A stretch of 34,083 nucleotides of DNA from Candidatus Alistipes excrementipullorum (GCA_019113665.1 DXGW01000006.1:1-34083), one strand, 5' to 3'; counted from the stretch's first letter, positions 16,763 through 27,337 are shown. Numbers and translations are program-made. The notes: generated by a model not told the origin, from the sequence alone.

Positions 16763-17574
16763 CGCATCATCTTTTCATGCAGGGCGCAGACGCGTTCGCG
16801 TATCTGCAGGCACGCGGCTTCGGCGGACCCGAACGACAGGAGTTCGTCGGGAGCGACGGGACGACCGACCGCGATGCGGACGGTGGTGCCGCGCTGGCGG
16901 AACATCTCGTCGACCAGCAGCAGCGCCTCCAGCCTCGTCCCGATTCCCAGCGCCCGGCGCAGCGAGGCCGCACGGTAGAAACGGTCGGAGAGCCGGCCGT
17001 CGACATGCACCGGCACGACGGCACGCCCCGACTCGATGGCACGGCGCACAAATCTCGGCTTCCAGTCGGGGTCGCTCACGACGCCATGCCGGCGGCGCGA
17101 ACACAATCCCGCAGGGAACATAAGCACCGGCACATTGCCCCGCATCACCTCCCCGAAACGACGCGCCTGGGCAGCCGGCAGCCTTCCTCCGCCGCCCAGC
17201 GGCAGCCAAAGGCCGCGCAGCGGCCCGATCTCCGCCAGCATGCGGTTGACCACGACACGCACGTCGCCGAAGGTCTCGGCCAGCACCTCGGCCACGGCCA
17301 TGCCGTCCAGCCCCCCGAATGGGTGGTTCGACGCGAAGAGGTAGCGCCCGTCGGGACGTATCCCGCCCTCGAACCAGACGCAGCGCCCGATGCGCATGTC
17401 GTCGAGTACGGCGCTCAGGAACCGCTGCGGCGGCAACCCGCCGTAACGTGACAGCAGGTCGTTGATCTCCCGCTCGTGCAGCAGCCGCCGCAGCGCCGCA
17501 ACGGCAAAATGCGGCAGGCGGCCGGCCAGCGCCGGACGGTACTCATGCAAAAGTCGGGCTACGTCTATCTCCAT
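16759..17574 (-). CDS. PlsC-type acyltransferase, GlsA/OlsA-like
   Basis: NHPFGGLDG (HxxxxD) and FPAG motifs; overlaps the start of the GNAT gene; likely start ATG 17574. Confidence 0.85.
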   Translation of the reverse strand: MEIDVARLLHEYRPALAGRLPHFAVAALRRLLHEREINDLLSRYGGLPPQRFLSAVLDDMRIGRCVWFEGGIRPDGRYLFASNHPFGGLDGMAVAEVLAETFGDVRVVVNRMLAEIGPLRGLWLPLGGGGRLPAAQARRFGEVMRGNVPVLMFPAGLCSRRRHGVVSDPDWKPRFVRRAIESGRAVVPVHVDGRLSDRFYRAASLRRALGIGTRLEALLLVDEMFRQRGTTVRIAVGRPVAPDELLSFGSAEAACLQIRERVCALHEKMMR

Positions 17575-17605
17575 CTGCGTACACAAAAAATATTCGTGTT
17601 TCGTC

Positions 17606-17637
17606 TTGCAACTTTTCTGCTAAAATCCGTAACTTTA
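17606..17637 (+). promoter_or_regulatory. Promoter of the dcw operon
   Basis: TTG 17606-17608, 21-nt spacer, TAACTTTA 17630-17637. Confidence 0.5.
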
Positions 17638-17664
17638 CCACCAAATACGCTTTTTGCCACGAAT

Positions 17665-18567
17665 ATGTCCGTATATCATACTCCCGTACTGCTGGAAGAG
17701 TCTGTCAACCTGCTCGATGTGCAGCCCGACGGCACCTACGCCGACCTCACGTTCGGCGGAGGCGGACACTCGCGGCACATACTCTCGAAGCTGGGCGACG
17801 GAGGCTCGCTCTACGGCTTCGACCGCGACGCCGACACGCGCGCGAACATACCCGACGACGGGCGTTTCCACTATGTCGAGAGCAACTTCCGCTTCATGCG
17901 CGGGGCCCTGCGGCTGCGGGGCGTGACGGCGGTGGACGGGGTGCTGGCCGACCTCGGCGTGTCGTCGCACCACTTCGACGCCACCGAACGCGGATTCTCG
18001 TTCCGCGGGGAGGCGCCGCTCGACATGCGCATGAACCGGCGCGGCGGAATAACCGCCGCCGACGTGGTCAACGGCTATGACAACGACAGACTTGCACGGA
18101 TATTGAGCATGTACGGCGAACTCGAAACGACATGGAAGATCGCCGCCTGCATCGACCGCGCACGCAAGGCGCACGCCATCGGGACCACGGCCGAACTTGT
18201 GGCCGCCGTTGCCCCGTGCACCCCGAAAAAGGACGAGGCCAAGTTCCTGACAAAGCTCTTCCAGGCTCTGCGCATCGAGGTGAACGGCGAGATGGAGGCG
18301 CTGAAGATGGCCCTCGAACAGAGCCTCAAGGTCTTGAAACCCGGCGGGCGGCTCGTGGTCATATCGTACCACTCGCTCGAAGACCGGCTGGTCAAGAACT
18401 TCATGCGCAGCGGCAATTTCGAGGGCCGCATCGAGAAGGATTTCTACGGACGGGCCGCCGCTCCATTCGAGGTGCTGACCCGCAAGGCCGTGGTCCCTTC
18501 GGACGAGGAGCTGGCACGCAACCCGCGCTCACGCTCGGCGAAGCTGCGTGCGGCCGTTAAAATTTAA
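17665..18567 (+). CDS. rsmH: 16S rRNA m4C1402 methyltransferase
   Basis: YHTPVLL, DLTFGGGGHS, DLGVSS, RGFSF, PLDMRM, FQALRIEVN, SYHSLEDR, NPRSRSAKLR. Confidence 0.97.
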   Translation: MSVYHTPVLLEESVNLLDVQPDGTYADLTFGGGGHSRHILSKLGDGGSLYGFDRDADTRANIPDDGRFHYVESNFRFMRGALRLRGVTAVDGVLADLGVSSHHFDATERGFSFRGEAPLDMRMNRRGGITAADVVNGYDNDRLARILSMYGELETTWKIAACIDRARKAHAIGTTAELVAAVAPCTPKKDEAKFLTKLFQALRIEVNGEMEALKMALEQSLKVLKPGGRLVVISYHSLEDRLVKNFMRSGNFEGRIEKDFYGRAAAPFEVLTRKAVVPSDEELARNPRSRSAKLRAAVKI

Positions 18568-18580
18568 CGCGACAACCGAG

Positions 18581-19093
18581 ATGTACGAAGATACCGATTT
18601 CAACCCCGACCGCGAACGCGAGGAGCAGGAGGCTGCCCAACGCGAGGAACTTGCGCGCACCATACGCCGCGAGGTCCTGCGCATAAACCGCGGCGAAGCC
18701 GACGACGACATACGCGCCGACCGGGAACAGGAGGAGGCCGAACGCCTCGCCCGCGAGGCCGAGGAGGCAAAACACCGCCGCCGGCGTGCAAGCGCATGGT
18801 GGCAGCTCTTCTCGGGCACGATACTGGTGCGCGACAGCGTCAAGGAGTACTACCGTTACCTGGGATACATAGCCGTGATGTTCTTCGTAAGCATAGCGAT
18901 GCTCTTCTGGAGCCTGCGCCTCGATATACGATACGCACGCCTCGACAGCGAGGTACAGCTGCTGCACGAACGCTCGATACGCCTGCAGGAGCAGTGTTAC
19001 CGCCGCTCGTCGCACTCGGCAGTGGTCGAAAGCCTCAAAAAACGCGGCATCGAACTCTACGATCCCCTTACCCCTAACGAAGTCATCGAATAG
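18581..19093 (+). CDS. ftsL: FtsL-like cell division protein (Bacteroidetes type) with charged N-terminal extension
   Basis: Lies between rsmH and the PBP gene; single TM segment followed by a coiled coil. Confidence 0.75.
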   Translation: MYEDTDFNPDREREEQEAAQREELARTIRREVLRINRGEADDDIRADREQEEAERLAREAEEAKHRRRRASAWWQLFSGTILVRDSVKEYYRYLGYIAVMFFVSIAMLFWSLRLDIRYARLDSEVQLLHERSIRLQEQCYRRSSHSAVVESLKKRGIELYDPLTPNEVIE

Positions 19094-19096
19094 GAC

Positions 19097-21358
19097 ATGG
19101 CCGAGAAGCAGAGAAAAATAAAGGACGACATTCTGTTGAGGGTCAGGGCGCTCTACATGCTCTTCATACTCGTGGGGCTCATCATACTCCTGCGGCTCAT
19201 ATGCGTGCAGTTCTTCAGCCGCGAGACAAGGGTCAACGCCGAGAAACTCGACGGCAAGATCTTCACCGAAAAGACAATTCACGCCCATCGCGGCACGATC
19301 TACTCGCGCACGGGCGACCCGCTGGCCATCTCGATATTCCGCTATACGGTCATGTTCGACTTCGGGTGCGAGGGCTTCGACAACGACCAGACCTTCCGCG
19401 AACAGAGCGACTCGCTCTCCAAGCTGCTGGCCCGCTTCTTCAAGGACCGCACGGCCAGGGAGTACTACGACAAGATGATCTCCGAACGCTCGAAACGGTT
19501 CAAGGTGCGCTACATCAAGGATACCGTCGTCCCGCGCTCCGAGGGCTTCATCGCCCGGCTCTTCGACCGCATGCACGGCGAGGAGTTCAAGACGGTCAAG
19601 CTCTACGACACCATACGCGACCATACGCCCGTCAGGCTCTTCCGCGACGTTGACTACAACGAGTGGCAGACGCTCAAGACATACCCGCTGCTCAACTGGA
19701 ACATGGGCGTCGTCTACGACATGGACAAGCACGACAACCGCGTATTCCCGCGTCAGGACCTCGCCCGCTTCACCATAGGCCGCAGCAGCGAGACGGCCGG
19801 CACATACGGCCTCGAACACGTCTTCCGCGAGGAGCTCAGCGGCAAGGACGGACGCGAGTTGCGCCAGCGCATAGCCCCCGGTTTCTGGGGCCGTGTCGAC
19901 AGCAAGATCAATGTCGATGCCGAAGACGGCATGGACCTCTACACCACACTCGACACCGACATTCAGGAGGTCGCCGACAAGACCCTGCGCGAACAGCTCC
20001 AGCGCAACGGAGCGAAGTGGGGCACGACCATCGTCATGGAGGTCGAAACGGGCGACATTCTGGCCATGGTCAACCTCAGCCGCAACTCACAGGGCGAATA
20101 TGTCGAGAACTTCAACCACGCGATGATGTCGCGCACCGAACCGGGCTCGACATTCAAGCTCGCCTGCCTGCTGGCGCTTGTGGACGAGGCCGGGCTGCCG
20201 CTCTCGACAACATACGACACCGGACACGGCAAGACCGTCGAGGTCGGGGCCGTGCATACCAGGGTGCGCGACTCGCATGACTGCGGCGGCGAGATCGACA
20301 TGAAGACGGCCGTGGCGCAATCGGCCAACGTCTACTTCGCCAAGGCCATCTACCAGACATACTGGCAGGACGCCGACCGTTTCACCGACTACCTGCGCCA
20401 CCTCCACCTCGACCGCAAGGTCATGGTCGGAATGCCAGACATGGGCGAGGCCGTACCCCGCTTCCCGTACCGCGGGTCGAGCATGTGGTATCCCCACACC
20501 ACCCTCGTCAAGCTCGGATACGGTTATGGCATAGAGCTCGCCCCGATACAGATGGCAACGCTCTACAACGCCGTGGCCAACGACGGCCGAATGGTCGCCC
20601 CGCGCCTGGTGACCGAACTGCGCAAGGACGACAAGACCGTGCGCGAATATCCGGTCGAGGTGCTCGAAGACAAAATATGCTCGCGGCAGTCGCTCGAAAA
20701 GGTGCGCGAATGCCTCGAGGAGGTGGCCATAAGCGGTACGGCCAAGGACCAGCTGGGCGCAGGCAAGGTGCCGTGCAGCGTGGGGGCCAAGACCGGTACG
20801 GCCCAGTACGCCCAGGGGGCGATAAAGTACTCGGACCACTACTACGTGGGCTCGATGGCGGCATACTTCCCCGCCGACAAGCCCCGCTATACGATCTACA
20901 CGTCGATCCTTACCAACGGCGCCAACTACTACGGCACGAGCCTCGCCGGCCCCGTGAACCGCAAGGTGGTGACGTTCATATACAACCGCGAGCATGACTG
21001 GTACGGCCGTGTCGAACGGGCCTCCGAGCGGCAATACCCCACGGCCATCAAGGGCGGCGACATAGCCCAGGCCCGCAAGGTTGCCGACCTATTCTCGCCG
21101 CGCACGTCGTTCGACAGGCGCGCAGGCTGGGGGACGGTAAAGGTCGACTCGATGTCGCGCGTCGAGATCACGTCGCTCGACGACGACATGCTGCGCATGC
21201 CCGACGTCGTGGGAATGGGGCTCAAGGACGCCCTCTTCATTCTCGAGAACCGCGGGCTGAAGGTGTCGTTCACGGGCAAGGGCTCCGTGAGGAGCCAGAG
21301 CATCAGGGCAGGCGAACCGCTGCGCCGCGGGTCGACCGTCTACCTCAAGCTCAGATAA
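19097..21358 (+). CDS. ftsI: Class B penicillin-binding protein with PASTA domain
   Basis: RGTIYSR, EPGSTFK (SxxK), SAN (SxN), KTGTAQ, C-terminal MPDVVGM PASTA repeat. Confidence 0.93.
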   Translation: MAEKQRKIKDDILLRVRALYMLFILVGLIILLRLICVQFFSRETRVNAEKLDGKIFTEKTIHAHRGTIYSRTGDPLAISIFRYTVMFDFGCEGFDNDQTFREQSDSLSKLLARFFKDRTAREYYDKMISERSKRFKVRYIKDTVVPRSEGFIARLFDRMHGEEFKTVKLYDTIRDHTPVRLFRDVDYNEWQTLKTYPLLNWNMGVVYDMDKHDNRVFPRQDLARFTIGRSSETAGTYGLEHVFREELSGKDGRELRQRIAPGFWGRVDSKINVDAEDGMDLYTTLDTDIQEVADKTLREQLQRNGAKWGTTIVMEVETGDILAMVNLSRNSQGEYVENFNHAMMSRTEPGSTFKLACLLALVDEAGLPLSTTYDTGHGKTVEVGAVHTRVRDSHDCGGEIDMKTAVAQSANVYFAKAIYQTYWQDADRFTDYLRHLHLDRKVMVGMPDMGEAVPRFPYRGSSMWYPHTTLVKLGYGYGIELAPIQMATLYNAVANDGRMVAPRLVTELRKDDKTVREYPVEVLEDKICSRQSLEKVRECLEEVAISGTAKDQLGAGKVPCSVGAKTGTAQYAQGAIKYSDHYYVGSMAAYFPADKPRYTIYTSILTNGANYYGTSLAGPVNRKVVTFIYNREHDWYGRVERASERQYPTAIKGGDIAQARKVADLFSPRTSFDRRAGWGTVKVDSMSRVEITSLDDDMLRMPDVVGMGLKDALFILENRGLKVSFTGKGSVRSQSIRAGEPLRRGSTVYLKLR

Positions 21359-21436
21359 CGCAAAATGAGATGAAAAGCGACGGCGACGCATACGGCGCCC
21401 GCCGGAGCCTAAGACAAAATATTTCGAAACGCTGAA

Positions 21437-22894
21437 ATGAAAAATGTTGAACAACTGACGGAATCGGTCGGTGTGCGCCGCACGGTCGGCGACATGCATA
21501 CGCCCGTACACGCCCTGACCTACGACTCGCGTACGGTGGGCGACGGCGACTGTTTCTTTGCCGTGGTGGGAAGCGTGAGCGACGGCCATGCCTACATAGG
21601 CCAGGCCATCGAACGCGGCGCACGCACGGTAGTCTGCCAGACGATCCCCGCACAGACGCACGACGGGGTCTGCTACGTCGAGGTGGACGACACCAATGCA
21701 GCCATGGCGGCCATGGCATCGGCCTTCTACGGAGACCCGAGCCGCGAACTGAAACTCGTGGGCGTGACCGGCACCAACGGCAAGACGACGATAGCCACGC
21801 TGCTTTGCGACCTCTTCGAGAGGCTCGGATACAAGGCCGGACTCATATCGACGGTGGTCTACCGCACCGGCGTGCGCGAGATCGAATCGACACACACCAC
21901 GCCCGACACCATACGCCTCAACGCCATGCTGCGCGAGATGGCCGACAACGGCTGCCAGTACTGTTTCATGGAGTGCTCGTCGCACTCGATCGTACAGGAG
22001 CGCATACGCGGGCTGCACTTCGCCGGAGGCCTCTTCACCAACATCACCCACGACCATCTCGACTACCACAAGACCTTCGCCGAGTACATACGGGCCAAGA
22101 AGCTCTTCTTCGACAACCTCCCGGCCGACGCCTTCGCCATAACCAACATCGACGACCGCAACGGCCGCGTCATGGTGCAGAACACGCGGGCCGCGGTGCG
22201 CACGCTCTCGCTGAGGTCGATGGCCGACTTCCGCTGCAAGGTCGTGGAGATGCACCTCGACGGCATGCTGCTCCGCATCGACGGCGACGAGGTGTGGGTC
22301 GACTTTCTCGGCCGCTTCAACGCCAGCAACCTGCTGACGGTCTATGCCGCGGCCATGATGCTCGGGCAGGAGAAGCAGCAGGTGCTTACGGCCATGAGCA
22401 CGCTGCACCCCGTGAGCGGGCGTTTCGAGTACATACGCGCCGCGGACGGCACAACGGCCGTGGTCGACTATGCCCATACGCCCGATGCGCTGGAGAACGT
22501 CATCGAGACCATCGAGGAGATACGCCGTCCCGGACAGAACCTCATCGTACTGTGCGGCTGCGGCGGCGACCGTGACAGGACCAAACGTCCGGAGATGGCG
22601 CAGATAGCCGTCAAGTACGCCACAACGGCGATCTTCACCTCGGACAACCCCCGCACCGAAGATCCCGAGGCCATACTGCGAGACATGACCGACGGTCTGG
22701 CGCCCGAGGCCCGCTACCTGAAGATCGCGGACCGGGCCGAAGCCATCAGGACGGCCGTGATGCTGTCGCGGCCGGGCGACATCATACTGCTGGCCGGCAA
22801 GGGGCACGAGACATATCAGATAATCGGCGCCGAGAAACACCACTTCGACGACCGCGAACAAGTCCGCAAGGAGTTTGCGGCGGCAAAAAGATAA
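21437..22894 (+). CDS. murE: UDP-MurNAc-L-Ala-D-Glu:meso-DAP ligase
   Basis: GVTGTNGKTT, TTPD, MECSSH, DHLDYH, DYAHTPD, DNPR (DAP specificity), AGKGHE. Confidence 0.97.
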   Translation: MKNVEQLTESVGVRRTVGDMHTPVHALTYDSRTVGDGDCFFAVVGSVSDGHAYIGQAIERGARTVVCQTIPAQTHDGVCYVEVDDTNAAMAAMASAFYGDPSRELKLVGVTGTNGKTTIATLLCDLFERLGYKAGLISTVVYRTGVREIESTHTTPDTIRLNAMLREMADNGCQYCFMECSSHSIVQERIRGLHFAGGLFTNITHDHLDYHKTFAEYIRAKKLFFDNLPADAFAITNIDDRNGRVMVQNTRAAVRTLSLRSMADFRCKVVEMHLDGMLLRIDGDEVWVDFLGRFNASNLLTVYAAAMMLGQEKQQVLTAMSTLHPVSGRFEYIRAADGTTAVVDYAHTPDALENVIETIEEIRRPGQNLIVLCGCGGDRDRTKRPEMAQIAVKYATTAIFTSDNPRTEDPEAILRDMTDGLAPEARYLKIADRAEAIRTAVMLSRPGDIILLAGKGHETYQIIGAEKHHFDDREQVRKEFAAAKR

Positions 22895-22926
22895 ACCGAT
22901 AAAAGCAAAGTCACCTACACAGAAAA

Positions 22927-24171
22927 ATGTTATACTCGTTATTCAAATATCTCGACCGGGTCTATGACCTTCCGGGCTCGGGAATGTTCCAGTACATATC
23001 GTTCCGTGCGGCGATGGCCATAATCCTCTCGCTGCTCATCGTCATATTCTTCGGACTTCCGATCATACGCATGCTCCAGCGCCACCAGATAGGCGAGGAG
23101 ATACGCGACCTCGGCCTCGAAGGCCAGCTCGCCAAGCGCGGCACCCCCACGATGGGCGGCATCATCATACTGGTGGCCATACTGGTTCCGATGCTGCTCT
23201 TCGGGCGGCTCGACAACGTCTACATACAGCTGATGCTCGTCTCGACGATCTGGCTGGGCTGCATCGGCTTCCTCGACGACTACATCAAGGTCTTCCGCCA
23301 CCACAAGGACGGCCTGAAGGGGCGTTTCAAGATCGTGGGACAGGTGGGCCTCGGCATCATCGTCGGTACGGTCATGTGGTGCTCGGACGACGTAGTCATA
23401 CGCGAAAAGGCCGCCACGCCCGTCGAGACGGTCTACATCGACGAGCAGGGATATGAGGTCGAGAGCGTCGCCCGCCGCGTGGTCGTAAGCTCCAACCCCG
23501 AGAAGACCACCAAGACCACAATCCCCTTCGTCAAGAACAACGAACTCGACTACGGCTGGCTCACCGGCGGCAACGAGACACTGGCCTGGATACTCTACGT
23601 GCTGGTGGCGATATTCATCGTCACGGCCGTATCGAACGGAGCCAACCTCACCGACGGGCTCGACGGCCTGCTCACGGGCGTCTCGATACCGATAGTGGCC
23701 GTGCTGGGCGTGCTGGCCTACCTCTCGGGCCACATCGTCTACGCCGACTACCTCAACATCATGTACATACCCGACAGCGGCGAACTGGTGGTCTTCGCCG
23801 CGGCGATGGCCGGAGCGCTCATCGGCTTCATGTGGTTCAACAGCTTCCCGGCGCAGATATTCATGGGTGACACTGGCTCGCTCGCCATCGGCGGCATCAT
23901 CGCCGTCTTCGCCCTCTGCATACGCAAGGAGCTGCTGCTGCCCGTAATGTGCGGCGTATTCCTGGCCGAAAGCGTCTCGGTGATGCTGCAGGTCGGATAC
24001 TTCAAGTACACCAAACGCAAATACGGCGAGGGCCGCCGCCTGCTGCTCATGTCGCCGCTGCACCACCATTTCCAGAAAAAGGGGACGTTCGAGACCAAGA
24101 TCGTCGTCCGCTTCATAATCATTTCGCTGCTGTTGGCTGCAATCAGCCTCGTAACACTCAAAATCAGATAG
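22927..24171 (+). CDS. mraY: Phospho-MurNAc-pentapeptide transferase
   Basis: [35 protein letters not shown]. Confidence 0.97.
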   Translation: MLYSLFKYLDRVYDLPGSGMFQYISFRAAMAIILSLLIVIFFGLPIIRMLQRHQIGEEIRDLGLEGQLAKRGTPTMGGIIILVAILVPMLLFGRLDNVYIQLMLVSTIWLGCIGFLDDYIKVFRHHKDGLKGRFKIVGQVGLGIIVGTVMWCSDDVVIREKAATPVETVYIDEQGYEVESVARRVVVSSNPEKTTKTTIPFVKNNELDYGWLTGGNETLAWILYVLVAIFIVTAVSNGANLTDGLDGLLTGVSIPIVAVLGVLAYLSGHIVYADYLNIMYIPDSGELVVFAAAMAGALIGFMWFNSFPAQIFMGDTGSLAIGGIIAVFALCIRKELLLPVMCGVFLAESVSVMLQVGYFKYTKRKYGEGRRLLLMSPLHHHFQKKGTFETKIVVRFIIISLLLAAISLVTLKIR

Positions 24172-24176
24172 AAACC

Positions 24177-25529
24177 ATGAAACGAATAGTCGTACTCGGA
24201 GGAGGCATCAGCGGATACGGCTCGGCCATACTCGCAAAAAAGGAGGGCTTCGACGTCTTCCTGTCGGATTCGGGCCGGATAGCCGACCGCTTCAAGGCGC
24301 GGCTCGACGAGTGGCACGTGCCCTATGAGGAGGGCGGCCACACGCCCGAACTCATTCTTTCGGCCACGGAGGTGGTCAAGTCGCCCGGAATACCCGAAAA
24401 GGCACCGATGGTCAAGGCTCTGCGCGAACGCAGCATACCCATCATCTCGGAGATCGAGTTCGCCGGGCGCTACATGGGCAAGGCCCGCACCATATGCATC
24501 ACCGGCTCGAACGGCAAGACCACGACCACGTCGCTCATCTACAAGATCATGTGCGACGCCGGCATGAACGTGGCCCTCGGCGGCAACATCGGCGAGAGCT
24601 TCGCCTACTCGGTGGCCACAGGATCGTACGACTGGTACGTACTCGAACTGAGTTCGTTCCAGCTCGACGGCATGTACCGTTTCCGCGCCGACATCGGGGT
24701 GCTGATGAACATCACGCCCGACCACCTCGACCGCTACGACTACTGTTTCCAGAACTACGTCGACTCGAAGATGCGCATCACGCAGAACCAGAACTCGCGC
24801 AACTGGTTCGTCTATTCGGCCGATGACGAGACCGTCTGGGCCGAGGTCTGCAAACGCGACCTCAGCGTACGCCAACTGCCCTTCATGGCCCGCAACAGCG
24901 TGGCGAGCGGATCGGGCGACGCCTTCCTGATGCCCGACGGCATCTTCACCGCCACGGCCGGCAAACAGTCGGTCGAGATCGATACCGCCAAAATGCAGAT
25001 CAAGGGGCTGCACAACGCCTACAACGCCATGGCCGCAGCCCTGGCGACACTCGCCGCAGGCGTCGATCCCGAATCGGTACGCCGGTCGATATACGATTTC
25101 GCCCCCGTCGAGCACCGGCTCGAACCCGTGCGCGAGGTGGACGGCGTACTCTACATCAACGACTCGAAGGCCACCAACGTCGACTCGGTATGGTATGCCC
25201 TCGAGAGCATGACGCGCCCGGTGGTGTGGATCGCAGGCGGAACCGACAAGGGCAATGACTACGGGCCGCTCAAGGAGTTCGCCCGCCAGAAGGTCAAGGC
25301 CCTCGTATGCCTGGGTCTGGACAACGACAAGCTGGTACGCGAATTTACGGGCGTCGTGCCGAAGGTGGTGTCGACGCAGTCGCTCGACGGAGCCATGCGC
25401 AGCGCCGTAGCTGCCGCCGAAAAGGGCGACGTGGTACTGCTCTCGCCGGCATGTGCAAGTTTCGACCTCTTCAAGAACTACGAAAACCGCGGCGAACTCT
25501 TCAAGGAGTGGGTGCGCACACGCATCTGA
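24177..25529 (+). CDS. murD: UDP-MurNAc-L-Ala:D-Glu ligase
   Basis: ITGSNGKTTT, ELSSFQL, PDHLDRY, NDSKATN, LSPACASFD. Confidence 0.97.
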   Translation: MKRIVVLGGGISGYGSAILAKKEGFDVFLSDSGRIADRFKARLDEWHVPYEEGGHTPELILSATEVVKSPGIPEKAPMVKALRERSIPIISEIEFAGRYMGKARTICITGSNGKTTTTSLIYKIMCDAGMNVALGGNIGESFAYSVATGSYDWYVLELSSFQLDGMYRFRADIGVLMNITPDHLDRYDYCFQNYVDSKMRITQNQNSRNWFVYSADDETVWAEVCKRDLSVRQLPFMARNSVASGSGDAFLMPDGIFTATAGKQSVEIDTAKMQIKGLHNAYNAMAAALATLAAGVDPESVRRSIYDFAPVEHRLEPVREVDGVLYINDSKATNVDSVWYALESMTRPVVWIAGGTDKGNDYGPLKEFARQKVKALVCLGLDNDKLVREFTGVVPKVVSTQSLDGAMRSAVAAAEKGDVVLLSPACASFDLFKNYENRGELFKEWVRTRI

Positions 25530-25533
25530 CACG

Positions 25534-26787
25534 ATGGAGAAGCAGAAACTCCATACAGGCTCGGACTTCAGGATCTTCTCGGGAGACAAGGTGCTGTGGA
25601 TCATCGTGGCGGCACTCGCCTCGATCTCGGTGCTCGTGGTCTACTCGTCGACCGCCAAGATGGGCTACAACACACGGCTCGACCGCACGATGTCGGACTT
25701 CCTGTGGCAGCACATCATCTCGCTCGGCATGGCCACGTTCGTCCTGCTGGTGGTCCACAAGATCAACTGCCGCATATACAACCGTCTGGCGGCGGTGATC
25801 TACGTCCTCAGCCTGCTGCTGACCGTCGGTGTCTACATAATGGGCAGCCAGACCAACGGTGCCGCCCGCTGGTTTTCGCTCTTCGGTTTCCAGTTCCAGC
25901 CATCGGAGGCGCTGAAGATTGCGACAGTGCTCTTCCTGGCACGCCAGCTGGCATCGCGGCAGAGCACGATCGACAAACTGAAGATCATACCGTCGCTCAA
26001 CCCCGTCAAGTGGTTCCGCGACCCGGAACAGAAGAAAATCTGGAAAACGGGCACGCTGCCCGTACTGGCTCCCGTACTTCTCTCGTGCGTGGTCATATTC
26101 CCGGCGCACACCTCGTCGGCCGTGCTGGTATTCTTCGCCTCGCTGATCATGATGTTCATCGGCCGCGTCAGAATGAAGGAGCTCTTCAAGCTCGTGGGAC
26201 TGGCCGTGGCGGCCGTACTTCTCGCCGCACTGCTCGACCTCGGACGCACCGAGACGGCCAGCGGCCGCGTAAGCACATGGATAAACCTGTGGACACACTC
26301 ACAGGTGGACAAGGACGTGCATGACCTCACCGACACCGAACGCTCGATGATAGCCATCTACAACGGCGGCATAATCGGCCGCGGAGCAGGCCGCAGCGCC
26401 GTGCGCGTCGAGATGACACACCCCGAAAGCGACTACATCTTCGCCTTTTTCGTCGAGGAGTACGGACTCATTCTCGCGCTGGCCGTGCTGATGCTCTACC
26501 TGTGGATCTTCTTCCGCGGCATCGAGATCTTCACACGCTGCGAAACGGCATTCCCGGGGCTGCTGGTGCTCGGTCTGACACTGCTGATAACATGTCAGGC
26601 GCTGCTGCACATAATGGTCACCGTAAACCTCATACCCGAAACCGGCCAGAACCTTCCGCTCATCTCGCGCGGAGGTTCGTCGATGCTCTTCACGGCCATA
26701 GCCCTTGGCATGATACTGAGCGTCAGCCGTCAGAACGACGAGAAATCACATGACAAGCCGCGAGGCGAGTCGCTGATGGAGAAATGA
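25534..26787 (+). CDS. ftsW: SEDS peptidoglycan polymerase
   Basis: GAARW, FQPSE, SDYIFA..EEYG, LPLISRGGSS; follows murD. Confidence 0.92.
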   Translation: MEKQKLHTGSDFRIFSGDKVLWIIVAALASISVLVVYSSTAKMGYNTRLDRTMSDFLWQHIISLGMATFVLLVVHKINCRIYNRLAAVIYVLSLLLTVGVYIMGSQTNGAARWFSLFGFQFQPSEALKIATVLFLARQLASRQSTIDKLKIIPSLNPVKWFRDPEQKKIWKTGTLPVLAPVLLSCVVIFPAHTSSAVLVFFASLIMMFIGRVRMKELFKLVGLAVAAVLLAALLDLGRTETASGRVSTWINLWTHSQVDKDVHDLTDTERSMIAIYNGGIIGRGAGRSAVRVEMTHPESDYIFAFFVEEYGLILALAVLMLYLWIFFRGIEIFTRCETAFPGLLVLGLTLLITCQALLHIMVTVNLIPETGQNLPLISRGGSSMLFTAIALGMILSVSRQNDEKSHDKPRGESLMEK

Positions 26788-26788
26788 C

Positions 26789-27187
26789 ATGGACGAAGTA
26801 AGACTCGACAAATATCTGTGGGCCGTGCGCATCTTCAAGACGCGCAGCGACGCCGCCGAAGCCATACGCAACAACAAGGTGCTGGTCAACGACAACACCT
26901 GCAAGCCGTCGCGCGAAGTGCGCATCGGCGACGAGATCACCGTAAAGCGCATGCCGGTTGTCTACCGCTACAAGGTCCTCGACTACGTGTCGAGCCGGCA
27001 GCCCGCACGCAACGTGCCCGCATACTGCCTGAACATCACGCCGCAGGAGGAGCTGGACAAACTCTCGGCGCCGCGTGAGACGATCTTCGTGTTCCGCGAC
27101 CGCGGCACGGGCCGTCCCACCAAAAAAGAGCGCCGCGAGATCGACGCTCTCATGGAGGGTTTCTACGACGACGGTGAGGAGTGGTAG
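26789..27187 (+). CDS. hslR: RNA-binding S4 domain protein (Hsp15)
   Basis: RLDKYLWAVRIFKTRS, GRPTKKERR. Confidence 0.92.
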   Translation: MDEVRLDKYLWAVRIFKTRSDAAEAIRNNKVLVNDNTCKPSREVRIGDEITVKRMPVVYRYKVLDYVSSRQPARNVPAYCLNITPQEELDKLSAPRETIFVFRDRGTGRPTKKERREIDALMEGFYDDGEEW

Positions 27188-27337
27188 CAACCCGCGCCAC
27201 GGGGCGCATGTACTTCCCACCACGGAGAGCCGCGGCTGCGCCCATACGCCGAGGGAAGCAGCACCACGCCAAACCGCACCGTAAATAATGTGTGGGGCCA
27301 TACAGCCCGCTCAGGACCCACATACCGGCCTGCCGCC

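Noticed and set aside
2226-26610. Many long overlapping or antisense ORFs (e.g. 2226..3503, 12190..13710, 21089..22861, 23748..25604)
   Set aside because: They are Arg/Gly/Val-rich shadows of well-supported genes, expected from high GC at third codon positions.
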